A stretch of 64,000 bases of DNA from Saccostrea cucullata (GCF_032062105.1 NW_026920581.1:1054001-1118000), one strand, 5' to 3'. Shown: positions 36,901-51,045, counted from the first letter of the stretch. Program-made: numbers and translations. The notes: a model not told the origin generated them from the letters alone.

Positions 36901-39841
36901 TGATGGGAAATGGAATAAAACGAGCAAAAGAAAAAAAAGTGGAATAAAAAATGAAATATTAAGTGGAATTCAAAGAAAGCCTGAATTGATTTTATTTCTT
37001 CAGTTATCCATGACACTTTTCACAAATCTAAATATTCATTTAAGCCTCTATAAAATTTCTGGATTTTGTTATCGTTTGTCATACCATAAAAACCTTGGTA
37101 AAAATTTTTTTTAAAGTGCATGCCTAGTTAACCTGAAATGCAAAGTTTTTCTGGCTTACTTATCAACTTTCTCAATATATGATATGTACATGGGACACAA
37201 TTCAAATATTTGACCTTAAATTTTATGTTCTTAATATCCAAATTAAGTGGGTGGTATCTAGCTTTACCTGGATTCCATAGCAACCAAAGTTTGTCTTATC
37301 TTGCCTGCCCTAGCGACGTTATTTGATAACGTAGGTTGTTAAAAGTATGAATTTTTATCTAGCTATTTATGATTAAATGGAAAACTGCAGTTTTTAAAGT
37401 TCCGTCTGTTTGACGTTTTTAAGTCGATCATTTCAAAATTCCATTGTCGTGAATTTCTGATTCAAACAGAAAGCTTCTTATAAAACAACAAAACCTGAAT
37501 TTCAGAAGTATTTCAAAACCTATTGTGATATATCAGGGTTTGTTAAAATCTGTTTGAAGTTAGTATATTTAAAAATTTGATGCATGATCTTTTCAAAAAT
37601 CTTTTCATAAAAAATGTGCCTCCATATTGTAAAATGTGTGTGTATTCTAAATTGTGCAAAATTTGAAATTATAAAATAAACTAAAATTAAAAAAAAAAAA
37701 GACATTTGCAACCCAATTATCACCGAGCGCATGTGTTTGTTTTGATATTGTTGAATTATAATATCAATGAAATATTTTTTTTTGAACAAACTTGCGCTCT
37801 ATAAATTTTTAAAATTTTGAAATTTTAGCCATTTTTTTTTTTTTGACTAGTTTGTAAATAAAAAGAAAAATTTATTTATAACAAATCAAATTTTCCACTA
37901 TATAAATATATAATTTTCTTTTTTTTTCTTTTGCTAATTTTGAGTTTTTTAATAAGACTGTTATGAATTCGTTTTTTTTCAAGGAATGAAGAGATTTTTA
38001 TTCTTAAAGACAATCAAATAGTAGAAGGGTATTTATATCCAAAAATTTATCATTTCTAATATCATATGACATATGGCTTCAAAATGGACCTTGGAAGAAG
38101 TCGTGAAAAAAAATTATAACACTACATTTCTGTGGCCTGATTTTGTAATTCATCTTGCCAGATTCTGAAGAGGAATATAACTGCATGTATATAAAGCTAA
38201 TTATCTAATTCTTAATGACAAAAATGTCCCAAAATAATTTACTTTTAGCATAAAATCATGCGTTGTATGTAAATTTATGTTATTATACATTCATAAAGGT
38301 GATGTCAAAATGATATATATTTGAGAAAAGTGACTAGAAATTTCTTAAAATGACAGAAATAGTGTTTTTGGAGCCGAGAAAAAACTTCAGGAAGTTTTAT
38401 TCCATTATCTGTCAGTATCAGTGATTGGTTAGGTCAATTTAAAAAAAACGACAATATTCGATTGTCAATTTTCTGTCTTAAAATTAGCTGAAGAGTAAAA
38501 CTTTTAAGGAAATCCCAAAAAAATTGTAAAATAAGTACAAAAGAGGAAATGCAATGAAATAAATCTGAAGATTTTGCAGAGATGAACCATAAAGTTTATA
38601 GTAACAAGTTGGAAGGGGAGGGGGGGGGGGTGGTCCTTGAATGTAAGCTTCTGTGCAGTTATGGTTTAACTAAACATATGAGCATTGATGCTTTTAACAC
38701 ATGCCTTTACATAAGAATTTTGTGTAATATATCAATTATTTTTTTGCATCAGAAACTTTAGCATTGGTAATTTAAAATAAAAGATGTTTTAAAGCAAATC
38801 TTACAATCTCTTACTTTTTGTAAATGTCAGTTGCATTTCTGTCAGTTTGCAGAGTGCATACTCATTTCTCAGATCAAATTAAATGTGAAGTTTTAAGGGA
38901 AAAAAATTACATTTTAACAAAATGTAAGATATTGTATGCCTGTTCTGCACTGCATGCCTTCGTGATATTAAATTGTTTCACTAAACTAAAAAAAAGGGGG
39001 TGGGGAGAAAAGAACAAGGTGTGTTTATGAAACACTGATGTCCCCATATTGCAGCTTATGGGAAGATTTGAAGTTTTTCCAATGCAAGTCAAATTCAAGG
39101 TCAAGGTCAAAAAGTCACAATTAGTATGAAAGCCCTAGTACAAGCTATTCAAAAGTTATGGCTTAGGGCAAAGTTTGGGTTTCTTTTGTAAAAGTAGGTC
39201 AAACTCCAAGGTCAAGAGGTATTTGGTGGTACCCAAAGAAAGGTCTTTTCACAAGGTATACACCTATGAAATATGAAAGCCATATCCCCACCCACTCAAA
39301 AGTTATGGGCTAGGTTTTGTTGATAACAGACAGACAGAAAAACAGACAGACAGGACAAAAACAATATACCTCTGGGATCTTTCGATCTGAGGGCATAAAA
39401 AGTATGCTCCATCTATCATGCCTGTATACCCTGTATCTAAAATAGTTTTATTCATTCCTGATTTATAAATAAAACAAGATGTGTTGGTGATACACTGATG
39501 CCCCCCTATGGTAGCCTAGAGCTAGGGTTGAAGTTTATCCAATGCAAGTCAAACTCCAAGGTCAAAGGTCAGAGTTGTTGGTATCCAAAGGAAGATTGTC
39601 ATAAAGAATACACCTGTGAAATATCAAAGCCCTAGTACTAACAGTTCAAAAGTTATGGTCAAGGTTAAAGATTTTAAAATGTGAGTCAAGCTATAAGTTC
39701 AAGGTCAAAAGGTCAAATATTTTTTAATTCATTTCAAGGTCTTGTCATATTGAATACACATCTGAAGTATGAAAATCCTAGCACCAATTATTCAAATGTT
39801 ATGGCCAAAGTTAAAGTTCGGATTTTTTTTTGTGGTAAAAG

Positions 39842-39877
<36 letters not shown>

Positions 39878-42800
39878 TTTGGTGGAACCTGTAGAAAGGT
39901 CCTATCATAAGGAATACACCTCTTAAATATGAAAGCCATAGCCCCATCAACTCAAAAGTTATGGCCAAGGTTAAAGTTTTTGAGGACAAACAGACAGACG
40001 GACAGGGCTAAAACTATATATTCCTGAATCTTTTAATACAAGGGCATGAAAATGTTTTACCCTCATACAAATATTATTATAAAGAAAATGGTGCAGATTC
40101 AGTTGATATTTAATTGGTTCCTGTAAAATAACAGTAACATAGGAAAGTGGTAATATTTTCATTAAAGTATCTACTCAGATATCACAGGGGGGATAAACTG
40201 GAAGCCTATAATTAAAATGTTTTTGTTAATTAGTCCTGTCATTTAACTTGCCTATTATTGATTTATTATTGAATATTGTATTCCATACAATTCTCCGATA
40301 TTAAAGTGTTCCTTTAATTGGCCTAGGATAATATATTGATGAAATTTATGCTAACAAAAAAGAAAAAGAGGTTTTTAGAGGAAATTTTGAATGATTAAGA
40401 AAGTTTTTTGAGAGTAAGCACTTTATAAGAATCTTGACACATTCTGGGTGATATATTGGTTTAAATGGCGTGTAGATGTATATGTCTATTGTAGATGCAA
40501 ATTGGAACTAATTATTATTATAAAGTCTTGCTAAGTTAATTAAACACTAATTACAATAGTCTGTCTTCATTTTCTTGTTTGTTCACTAGAATTCTTTTTT
40601 TTCATTTTGATGATGCCCTTTATTAGATATGGTAGATCACAAGATCATGGGATTTCAAATGGCACTGTATTGAGTTTTTTGAGCTGATTTTATTGGTTTT
40701 AAATGTCATGTGTATAGCAGGCTTAGACTGCAAAAAAAAGATGACTTCTAATTCAACATATATCCGCTAGGCACCTAATAGCTGTTTACAACATTCTTCT
40801 TTTTCTGAGCCATCAAAAGTTTTCCTTTTGGTCAGATTTCCAAATTTCGACACTTTGCTGTAAATAAAGAAACAAGATTTATGGAGAATTAATTTACATA
40901 CCTGAAAATGAAATGTAAAGTTTTGGTTAAAAATAAAATATTTATAAACAAAAATTTTATGCAACAATTAATGTCAGGGTTTATGGTAAGCATTTCCACT
41001 TTTGTCACTTGGTAATGGATAATGTTATAGAGTTTTGTGTGAAAATGAAATGTTTTTCCACAAATTGGCAATGTGTTTGTCCCACAAGTCCCCGCTCTAG
41101 GTGAGATGATGATAAAAGGTCAAAACTGTATGGACTTTGTATTGATAAGTCATTTGTTGTTTATAGTGTTCTGTTAGGTAAAAAAAAATTAATAACCTGC
41201 ATAAAAGATTGAGTTTCATGTGTAGATTTGTTGTACAGTGAAGCTTGCATTATCCAAATGATGTATTTTCCGAAGTCTTGCCTAATATGATGTAAACGAA
41301 ATTGAATTGTTTGAGATCTTGTTTCACCTGGAATGTTGACTGATCTGGCAACTTTCTATGGAACAAAAAGTGTCCAGATTAAATGTTTTACTATTATATG
41401 TTACTGCTTAGGGTTTTATTTTTTTCAGTGGTATTTCTAAAGGGGAGAAAAAATAACAGCATGATTTTCCCATGAAACTTTGGTTATGCAATTTCTTTAA
41501 TTTCCTATTGATTGCAGAGGTTCAAAAGAGAAAAATTAATGTTTCATCTATTAGATCCCATTTTTTCTTTCAAATAAGTAATGCCAAGGCTTATCCAAAA
41601 TTATATTTAAGTGTGCAAATGCAGGTACTTGTACCTCTAGCAGGAAGTTCTCAAAAAGGAAGTTGAAAGAATGTTGCAGGTGGAAATTTGTACCATTTCA
41701 CACCTCTATACATACAAGTATGTCTCACTGTTTTGACATACTTCTTGGAATGGAAAACCAAGGGTTGCTACTTTGTATAGCATCCGACAATCAAACACAG
41801 GTGCATGCATTATAAAAAAAAATTTCAAATCAAGATATTTATGAACTTTTAATTTTATACATCATATACATACAGTTACATCAACTGATGTAAGGGTGGA
41901 CATACTCATTATTTATTAGGGGGGGGGGGGGGTATGTTATACTTTTTAAAAGTTACGTAACAGCTGACTTAACCTTTTTAGTCGTATGTCTAATGTTTTA
42001 AATCATTATCACCATTAAAATTTGTACTTGATTTGAACATGAATATGAGTAAATAAAAATATTTAAATATTAAATGTTGAATTTTCGTTTATGTGATGAA
42101 CTTTGATAATATATTACGGTGAAAAAAAAAATCTTTAAAGGTAAAGATTAATGTGTTAGACAGAAAGGAAAAGTATTTTCTTTGGGCTAAAGATAAACCT
42201 ATAATGACACTGAAGTGTGAAATTTGTCTAAATTTCAAAATTTTAATCAATGTGGGATTTTTTTCCTTCTAAAGTTACTGTATCGATAATCTTCATAACA
42301 TTCTATAAGGTCTCAGTCATTAATTGTCCTTATAATTCCTCTTATTTAAAAAAAAAATCAATGAGTTTTTAATTCACACAAAGACATATTTATTTCTTGG
42401 AAGTAAAGAAGTAAAGAACTACTAAGGGTATTTATGATGAGTAAACTGGTAATAGATTAGGGGCAGGGGGGGGGGGGATAGTAGCTCTAGTTGAAATAAG
42501 CACAAAAAATGTTCCCACTTCCAAAACAAAGAAGAAAAAAAATGGGCTTTTGTTGATCTACAATCTATATCTTTTTTTCATGTCGATCTGTACTTTAGCA
42601 GATTTTGTAAATTTTTTTGTAAATTATTAGATATTTCTTTCACGTTTTGATTCCTTTGTGTGACAATATCGACATGATCAACATGCTACAGGTGCAAGAG
42701 CATCATTAAGATGTATTTTATGTACAAGCTATTTTACAAAATCTTTGGGGGAAAAGTTTTATCTTCTTGCATTCTTTTTTCTTTATTATTCTGTCTTAAT

Positions 42801-45800
42801 TAGATGAAAATTGACTCGGTAAATCATTCTGTCATATAATCGTGTTTTCATAATAAATTAAAAACCATTTAATGAATTTGTTCTTTGGCCTTTTGTTATT
42901 TTATTATTTTCTTTGCTATTCTGATTTTGAAGAATTATTCAAATTATTTTTCTATGTTTGGGGCAGAGAAAAAGTTTGAGTTAAAAGTAGACAAATTCAA
43001 AATTTTCTGAAAGATTTCCATTTACACAAATTTAATATTCAAATTTTAAAAATTTGCAATTAAAATTTCAAGAAATTTATTAATTTCTTGACATATTGTC
43101 ATTTAGTTATGTGCTGATGTTGATGGAAGGTTTTTATAATTAAAAATATACAAGATTTTGTCATTTTCTGTTGTTTCAAGAAAATTTATTTTCCAAGGTG
43201 TCAAGGGGTTTGGTATGAAAATTAGTTTTTCACATTTGATGTATCTTTTTTACAAAGAAAACTTCTGTGAAGTTGAAATATTTATGATAATGAAGATATA
43301 CATCATAAATTGAAACTTTAAAAAACAAAGGATAACATTTCTTTCAATAAATGTTTTATATAATTTGAGGATTTTTTTTTTACCTTTTATTTTTGAAAAC
43401 ATTGTCAATCTTGAGAACAGTATCAGGTTTTTGAAATTCTGCCAAAATGGACAGCATTGAAGATTTATTTCACTTTTATTCACAATTTAAGCTGTCATTT
43501 AAAAACAGAACAGTTTTTCCTCCAGAAACGACAGTTTGAACACGTAAAAATGTACATAATCTTCTATTGTTGAATGCTGTCCAAGATTTAAAGGGACATG
43601 AATTTTATAAAGAAAAGTTTTCAAAAACAGTCAAATATTAATCTTTTGAAAGATCAGAAACTTGAACGCTTTAAAAGAATTAACAGAAATATAGGCAAGA
43701 AATATGTGTGATTAATAAATTTCTCAATATTGAATACTTATGTTGGAGAACAAATGAAACTTTTAGGTATATAGAAAATTAAAAGGCAATTGCAAAGTTT
43801 TCCTAATGGTTAAAATTTTTGCATATTTTTGTGGTCTTAATTATACTTTGTTATTAAAAACTTTTTTCTTTTTTAATTAATGAACGTCAGTAAATTCACT
43901 CTGCATTTTTATCATTTACATGTATTTAGAATTTTTTGAGAATATGTGGTTTTCAGAGCTATTTAAATGCTCCAAATATACTCCATTTTTATCAACATTT
44001 GCAAGAGAGAATATAAGATTTATAATTTGTCAAACCTAAAAATATTTTTACTACCAAAAGTTTATGATAAATGTCCATAAGGTGGACATATATATATATA
44101 TCATGGTACCATATACATCTTAGATAACATGAAACATAAATATTCCTTAATATTCAATTTTTTTTTTTTACAGTTATAAAGGATGATAAATTTACAAACA
44201 GTGCAGCCTACATCAAAGCCGTATTCAACAACCAGAGTCCTGGTTCCCCGAGCCCAATCAAACACCCAGGACTTCCTGACTATTCCAAATACCTTAAAAG
44301 GTAGGATTTTGTCCCCCACCCCTAAGCTGTTGAAGGGGGGAGGGTGTTGGATTGACCTTGACATTATGTCGTATGCCTGTACATCCCCAGACTACCACAT
44401 GCATTGGGATCAAGGTCTCTTCCCAGCTTATCACAATTTTGCTCAAACGTGTATCTATAAAAGTTTAGTTCCTTCTTTGCTTAGAATGCTGCATTTGACC
44501 TACATTTTATATTTCAAAGTACAAAATATCAGTCAGTTTTTGCTTCAGAAGCTACAAACTAACCATTACACAATTGCTGTTTTTGAGGTCAATATAATAA
44601 TTTAGCCACCTGAGGAGTACAATCTTCACCAAGCCCAATGAGCCGAGGTGAAGATCGTATTCCTTAGGTGGCTAAATCATTGTATCTACCCCAGAAACTG
44701 TAATACTTATTTGTTTAATGTTTGTCTTGTAGCTTCTGAAACAAATGCAGTGGCACCAATTGTAAGATTATGAACTGTAAGGATATATTGCTATATTGTA
44801 GGTTTAGCAGTGGTACCGACTGTAAGATTAAGTACTGTAAGGAGCTGGGATACAGGGAACACTTCCACTGCATGGACTGTAATTTCCGGGTCTTTGTTAA
44901 GAAGGAGGAGATGGTGCGCCATTACAAGTGGCACCGTAAGAGAGAGGAGTCCCTCCAGCACGGCTTCATGCGGTACAGTCCCCTAGACGACTGCTGTCAG
45001 AAGTATGGTAGCTGTACCCACAATGGCCGCCAGACCCACTACCACTGTCTCCAGGTAATACTTCCTTGTCAATATCATCTACTGTAAATCAATCTTTATT
45101 TGGGAGAACTTTATTTTTTCCTATGTATACAAGACAAATTTGCTTGCAAAAATTTCATTCTCTCATATTTTTATCTACATGAATATATAGAGCAATAGTG
45201 AGATTTTTTTTTAAAGTATCATCATTAGGATAGCAAATTCATAAGTCACAAAAATCATGTTTCTTGAAAATTATATGCTGGACAGTACTTTAGCTTGTCA
45301 GTTATATCAGCAAACTATTCAAGGCACCTATGTACATGTATTTTTGACTTTACCATTTATTTTCTTAAGCCTGGATGTGATAAAGTTTACATCAGTACCT
45401 CCGATGTTCAGATGCATGCTAACTACCACAGAAAAGACTCCGCCATCATACAGGAAGGATTCCAGAGATTCCGCGCCACAGAGGATTGTGGGACACCAAT
45501 GTGTGCTTTTTACGGCCAGAGAACAACTCACTTTCATTGTAGAAGACCAGGATGTAACTTTACATTCAAAAACAAAGCAGATATGGGTGAGTTTGAGTTA
45601 TTTTACCATCTGTAGTGTGTTGTGAAAAAATATGCTCTGAAGAAAGGGGAGTAACTCTGTTCTGTTTTTGCCTCAGAAAAACATAAAACTTATCACCAGA
45701 AGGATGAAGTACTGGGTCGTGATGGATTTAAGAAGTTTATGAAGTATGAACACTGTGGTTACATTGGATGTAGATATTCCAAACTCAGTAACCATATCCA

Positions 45801-48800
45801 CTGCATCAGGCCAGGTAAGTGTTTAAAAATCAAAGCACCAAAAAATGATGAATAGTAATAAAATGCATTTTAATTACCAAGTTGTTCTATTCTAATAATC
45901 TTTTCCACTATTTTTCAGGCTGCATTTATGTTCTGCATTCGACTGCTCAATTATTTTCCCATAAGAGAAAGCATGAACGGCGAGATTTTGAAACTGCCTA
46001 CAGAAAATTTCGAGAGGACAGTACTGACATGGATTCCAGTATGCAGTTTGGGGGAGGTGTAGTGGGAGAAAACTCCTCCTTCACATCTAGCCCCCTTAGT
46101 CACATGTCTCTACCAATCTCAATTAAAACAGAAATCACAGAGGATGATTTTAAGGAGGAGAGTTGCGACTCCAAGATCCCGATGTCAGAACAATCGATGG
46201 AGGACAGTAATTCTGATGTGAAAAGTCTAAAGTCTGATTGTTCTGACACCAAAGATATTTCTCAGTCAGAGGAAGAAGCCATGGTTCTGTCCAAACATGC
46301 AGATCAGCTCAGCGGGGAGAAACTGAACGATTCCCTTACCTTACCTATACCAGGATGCACTGCTGTGGGGGAGAGTCCAGGTGCAATGTCTACCCCGATT
46401 AAGTCTGAGACTGGGAACGCCATCATGCCAAATGCAATACCAGGGATGAAGGAGTCCTCTCCCAAGGTCCCTCTTCCAATCTCTGTCCCTCCCATGCTGT
46501 TATCCAAACCCTCCCCCAACACCCAGGAACGCAAGGAGAGGGACGAGTCTTGGAAAAACTACCTCATCAGGTAACTAGCAATATTAATATAAAATGTGGG
46601 AAAGCAGAGCTACATTTGTCTAATATTCAAGAATAACTACCTTTTATATGTACCGGTTGTATAATTCTAATGACTTTCTGTTGACAGATATACAGCCAAT
46701 GACCCCTGTAACTCTCGCTGTCAGTACCTGTACAAGGACCACTATCATTGTAGAGTAGACGGATGTCTGGTCTTATTTAAGTCTAAAGATGGAGTGAGAG
46801 AACATGCCAGGTAGGCTAATCTTCAAGGATGTGTAAATGTATACTGCTTCTAAGAGACATTTTCTTGTGTGTTTCTTAATTCCTGGTATTAAGATCATTT
46901 TTTTATGTTTTGTAGATTTCATGAATTACAAGATCGTATTACTCCTGTGGCCTATACTATGTATACAGAGACTGAGGCCTGCCCAGAGAATTGTCAGTAT
47001 AGCGGTAACCAGAGACACTACCACTGTATATGGGTAAGGGGTACTAATCATATGGACTCTCATTCATCATTGAATTTGTTTCACATTTGTTATCTTGTGC
47101 TGCAATTCATTTTGCGATATGTTGATCAGAATTAGCCTCACTTAACTGATGAAAGTATGAATTCTTAAAAATAAATCAATGAATTCTATTGTAATTGGTG
47201 AAACCTAAACCGTTGCTTCATTTATACTATCCTTTATTTCAGTCTGGTTGCACCCATGTAGTACCACATGAAGGCCCCACATTTGGCAGACTAGAACACT
47301 ACCGCATTCATGAGTATGCTCGAAGCTCTGCTGGAAAGACATACAAGACCTCACCAAAGTCAACGGAGGATACACCAAGGAAGAGGGGTCGACCTCCAAA
47401 GTACCCCCGTAACACCATCCCCGTCATCCCCAAAGTAGAACTCACAGAGTCTGAGATGCTGAATTCTTCTGGTGAAGACCCAACAGTTATCAATGGATTC
47501 AAGAAGTTTGAAGAGAACAATCCCTGCCCAGATGAGTTGTGCCTTTACAGAATGAAGGAACATTACCACTGTGCTCGCCCTCGCTGTTACCAGGCTACTG
47601 ATAGACTAGATGTCCTAAACCTGCACGCCAAAGATTTCCATAGCTTTGTCACCATTTACGAAGGCTTTGAATTCTTCGATAGGAATGTCAATTGTCGCAG
47701 ACCTCATTGCCACAACAACAAGGCTAATCGTCATTTCCATTGTGTGAGACCTAAATGCGATTATTCCTTTGTCCGTCACAGCACCATGATACAGCACAAC
47801 AAGAAGCACGAGCAGACAGAGACCCCCAGCACAAGCAAAGAAGATCCCCCTCTAATCCCACCCTCAGAGACCATTTCCACTGCTGGCTTCATTCCCATTG
47901 CCCCAGCAGATGCAAAAGCTATGATCAAAACATCAGGAACATTTTATCCTTTATCAAGTATTGCCTCAGGACAGTCAGGTCAGATGCCTTCAGTTCCAGC
48001 TATAGATTCCACTATTTTCCACCCAATGTCAGTTTCTGGTGCACTCACTGCTCTGCCCATGGTATCGGCAGCTATTGCTCCAACCATGTTATCTCCAGGG
48101 CTGTTAGCTAGTGCAGGACACCCTCTACCTTTGGCAGTTCTTTTGCAGCAAGGTGGAAACCCTATTCCACAACCAAGCTGGATCGATTTGAAGAACAAGA
48201 TGCATTATGGTTTGGAGCAAAACTGTGGTCGACCATTTTGTAAGCTCAAGAAGAAAGACCATTATCACTGTTTTGAGTGCAATCAAGCTTTCTCTGACAT
48301 GAACAGGGTGAAGGCTCATGTATCTAAACATGGATTGAAATTTGGCAAGAATGATACCCAGCCATTAATGGGAAAGACAGCTTTTCCCATAACCATTGCA
48401 CCAAAGCCTGATCAAACACCAATGGCTACAAACCAAGATCACGTGACCTCTGACCCAGAGAAAGGGTCAGCCCAGGAATCTGACGATGAGCATAATTCAT
48501 TGGAAGGGGAACTCAATGCATCAGACTCTCTTAATCTGAATCCATCCACCTTCTCCAATCTTATCGCCAAAGCTCAGAAAGCTCACTCCACATCTGATCT
48601 TCAAAACAATAACTTAGATGCAGATGATGATGAAGATGGAAAATTGGTTATATCTGAGGCTGAAGGTAGCAATAATATTGAAGAGGAGACAATGGATGAG
48701 AACAGCTTTGAGACTTCAGCTGATGACAGCAACATGTCGGAGAACATTACTAGCATTTCTAAGAGGTCAGGAAGAAAACGAGTGAGAACCAAACATAATG

Positions 48801-49402
48801 ATTTCGTCGACAGCGGTGAAATTGTTGTCAAACAAAGAAGGATCAGTAGTGGTAGTGCCAGTAGCAAGAGCAACAAAGACGACAGTATTCCTGATGGATA
48901 TATCCGAGTCAGACATAAGGATGACTGTCAGTTTGTAAAATGTGCCTATCGCCAGGGAATCACTCACTTCCACTGCAGACGTCCAGACTGTGGCTACAGC
49001 TTCAGTGATCGATCTCGCCTCATTCAACACACACTGAGGCACGAGAGAATCGATAGTCTCACTGGCGGAGAGATGCAGCAGTTCAGAATGAACCAACCCT
49101 GTGGACGTGACGCCTGCGAATTCGAAGGCAAGGCCTCCCACTTCCACTGTCTGAAGTGTAACTATAACTGTACAGACTCCAGCAAAGTCCTCACTCACCG
49201 AAAATACCACGCCAAGCTGGATAACATCAACTCGCAGGGATTTCAGAAGTTTGGAGTCGGTGATAAGTGTGAGGTTGCGAAGTGCCCCTATGAACTGAAA
49301 CAGACCCATTACCATTGTATGAAGTCTGGCTGTAACTATGCAGTGCTGGGCCCCGCTCAGATAGCATCCCACAACATCAAACATGCTAATGACTCTCTGT
49401 AG
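30978..49402 (+). CDS. CASZ1: Zinc finger protein castor homolog 1 (~1631 aa, 9 coding exons)
   Basis: Exons 30978-32085, 44174-44300, 44802-45054, 45370-45586, 45677-45814, 45919-46570, 46688-46810, 46916-47033, 47243-49402 (4896 nt, all phases consistent). Diagnostic sequences [73 protein letters not shown]. Confidence 0.95.
39013..39401 (-). mobile_element. Helentron-type (HINE-like) element
   Basis: AACAAGGTGTGTTTATGAAACACTGATGTCCCC end, CAAGGTCAA units, GACA microsatellite, GGGCATAAAAA end; same architecture as 15820-16941, inverted. Confidence 0.7.
39473..40052 (-). mobile_element. Helentron-type (HINE-like) element with ~3 internal repeats
   Basis: AACAAGATGTGTTGGTGATACACTGATGCCCCC end, repeated TCAAAAGTTATGGCCAAGGTTAAAG, GACAGACGGAC microsatellite. 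Confidence 0.7.
44570..44705. repeat. Palindromic (hairpin) element in a CASZ1 intron
   Basis: 31-bp arms 44600-44630 and 44647-44677 with 3 non-Watson-Crick positions, 16-nt loop; looser pairing extends ~25 bp further each side. Confidence 0.75.
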
Positions 49403-51045
49403 AAAATGCAAGTTTATGGACAGTTTTATAAAACTTCACAAATTATTTCACTTTGTTACTAAATCAACAATCATGGACTGTCAAATTTTTATTTTTCCCC
49501 CCTTGTTTAAATCAATAGCATAAAAGCTAGATTTGTCATATATTTTAGTTTATTTTTCATCAAGTATGTTCTCTCTCAGAGTCTGTAAACATTATTGTTT
49601 TTGATATATGATTCATATTGTCAAAATTATTTATACATGTGTATATTGCACCAACATTCCTTTTTTAGTACATTTCCATGCCATAAACATTTTTTTTGTA
49701 GCATAATCAGTATTACTATATTAACTAGGTCATTCCAATTAAGGTTCATTCCATGTACATTTTTTATCATCACACTTTTTCTGATGGCAGTTAATTCAGT
49801 TATTGAATTCAGTTTTCAAGCATTTTCCTGTGATATTCAAAGCAATGTTGATAAAACTGCTGGATATTTTTTTTTAAAACTAAACATTCCACTTTTGGAC
49901 CACATTCCATTTTTGTCAGATGCTGTTTGCAGTGCATTCCTCTATATTCGTGAGATGTAACCATTTTTGATGGCATTATAATTTTTTCTGTCATGCTAAA
50001 CCATTGTTGATTTTTGAGTGAAATACTAATGTACCGGTATTTATTTTTGTAGTGTGAAAGATTTGAGATATAAATAATATATAAATACTGCTGAGTTTAC
50101 ACTTGAAAGAGTAATTATTGTATAGATCATAATATTGATGAAATCCAACAGTATTACAACAATTATAAGCTGTAAGCACAATCATTGAATGGATGCTTGA
50201 TTTTAATTTCTGCATTGCACATATGATTTCAGTTCTCAGTTTGTCAGAAATTAACATTCCAGTCAGCTGTTATGTTTATTTCATGTCATTGTCTCGGGCA
50301 TTGTAGAGTTGTGTCCCTTTGTAATGCATTGAAATTTGGTAAAAAAGATAAAAACTCAGTTGTGTGTAACCTTTTTGTTTTTGAAGAATGCATTGTTTAA
50401 TCATGCACACATATAGTGCCTTAGTTATAAACTTATTACTGCTTTGTTTTACACATACCACATTTGTTATATAAGAAAACTTAGTATGTGAAACTAAACA
50501 TGTTAGGAAATTTTATTTTTGGTGCCAATTTGTTTTGTGAATGTGATTTTGTGTGTTTCTTTTCTGTCCAGTATTTTGTTATCTACATGGCAATTACACA
50601 AAAAGTTCAACATAAACTTAATGACACAAGTTATTTAAGTCAATACAGATATCAATATACAAACTTTGATCATTATGTATTCATTTCTTAAAGATTAACT
50701 CATGTGGTACAGTAATATATCTGAATGTACACATATTTCTTCATGTTTTAAAGTACTTATTTTTACATTATATACACTTTCACTGTAAGCAAAAGTACTT
50801 TTTTTGCATACTATACACTACAAAACAGAGAGCAAGAGATGAATTAGTCAACTATCTTTACAATTGATGTGATATCACAACCAATAGTCATAAATTATTG
50901 TCATATAGACCCCCCCCCCCATAGCCAGTCATGTCATTTATATACATTATACTTTTTTTGTCATTCCAGTTGTTATAATATACAAGCACCTATGATTTGT
51001 TTAATTATGTGTTTTGTACACTATATAGGTTGTAAGCGAATGTGA

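Noticed and set aside
47205-49411. Several antisense or alternate-frame ORFs (up to 214 aa) over the last CASZ1 exon
   Set aside because: Expected shadows of a long, GC-richer coding exon; no independent motifs.
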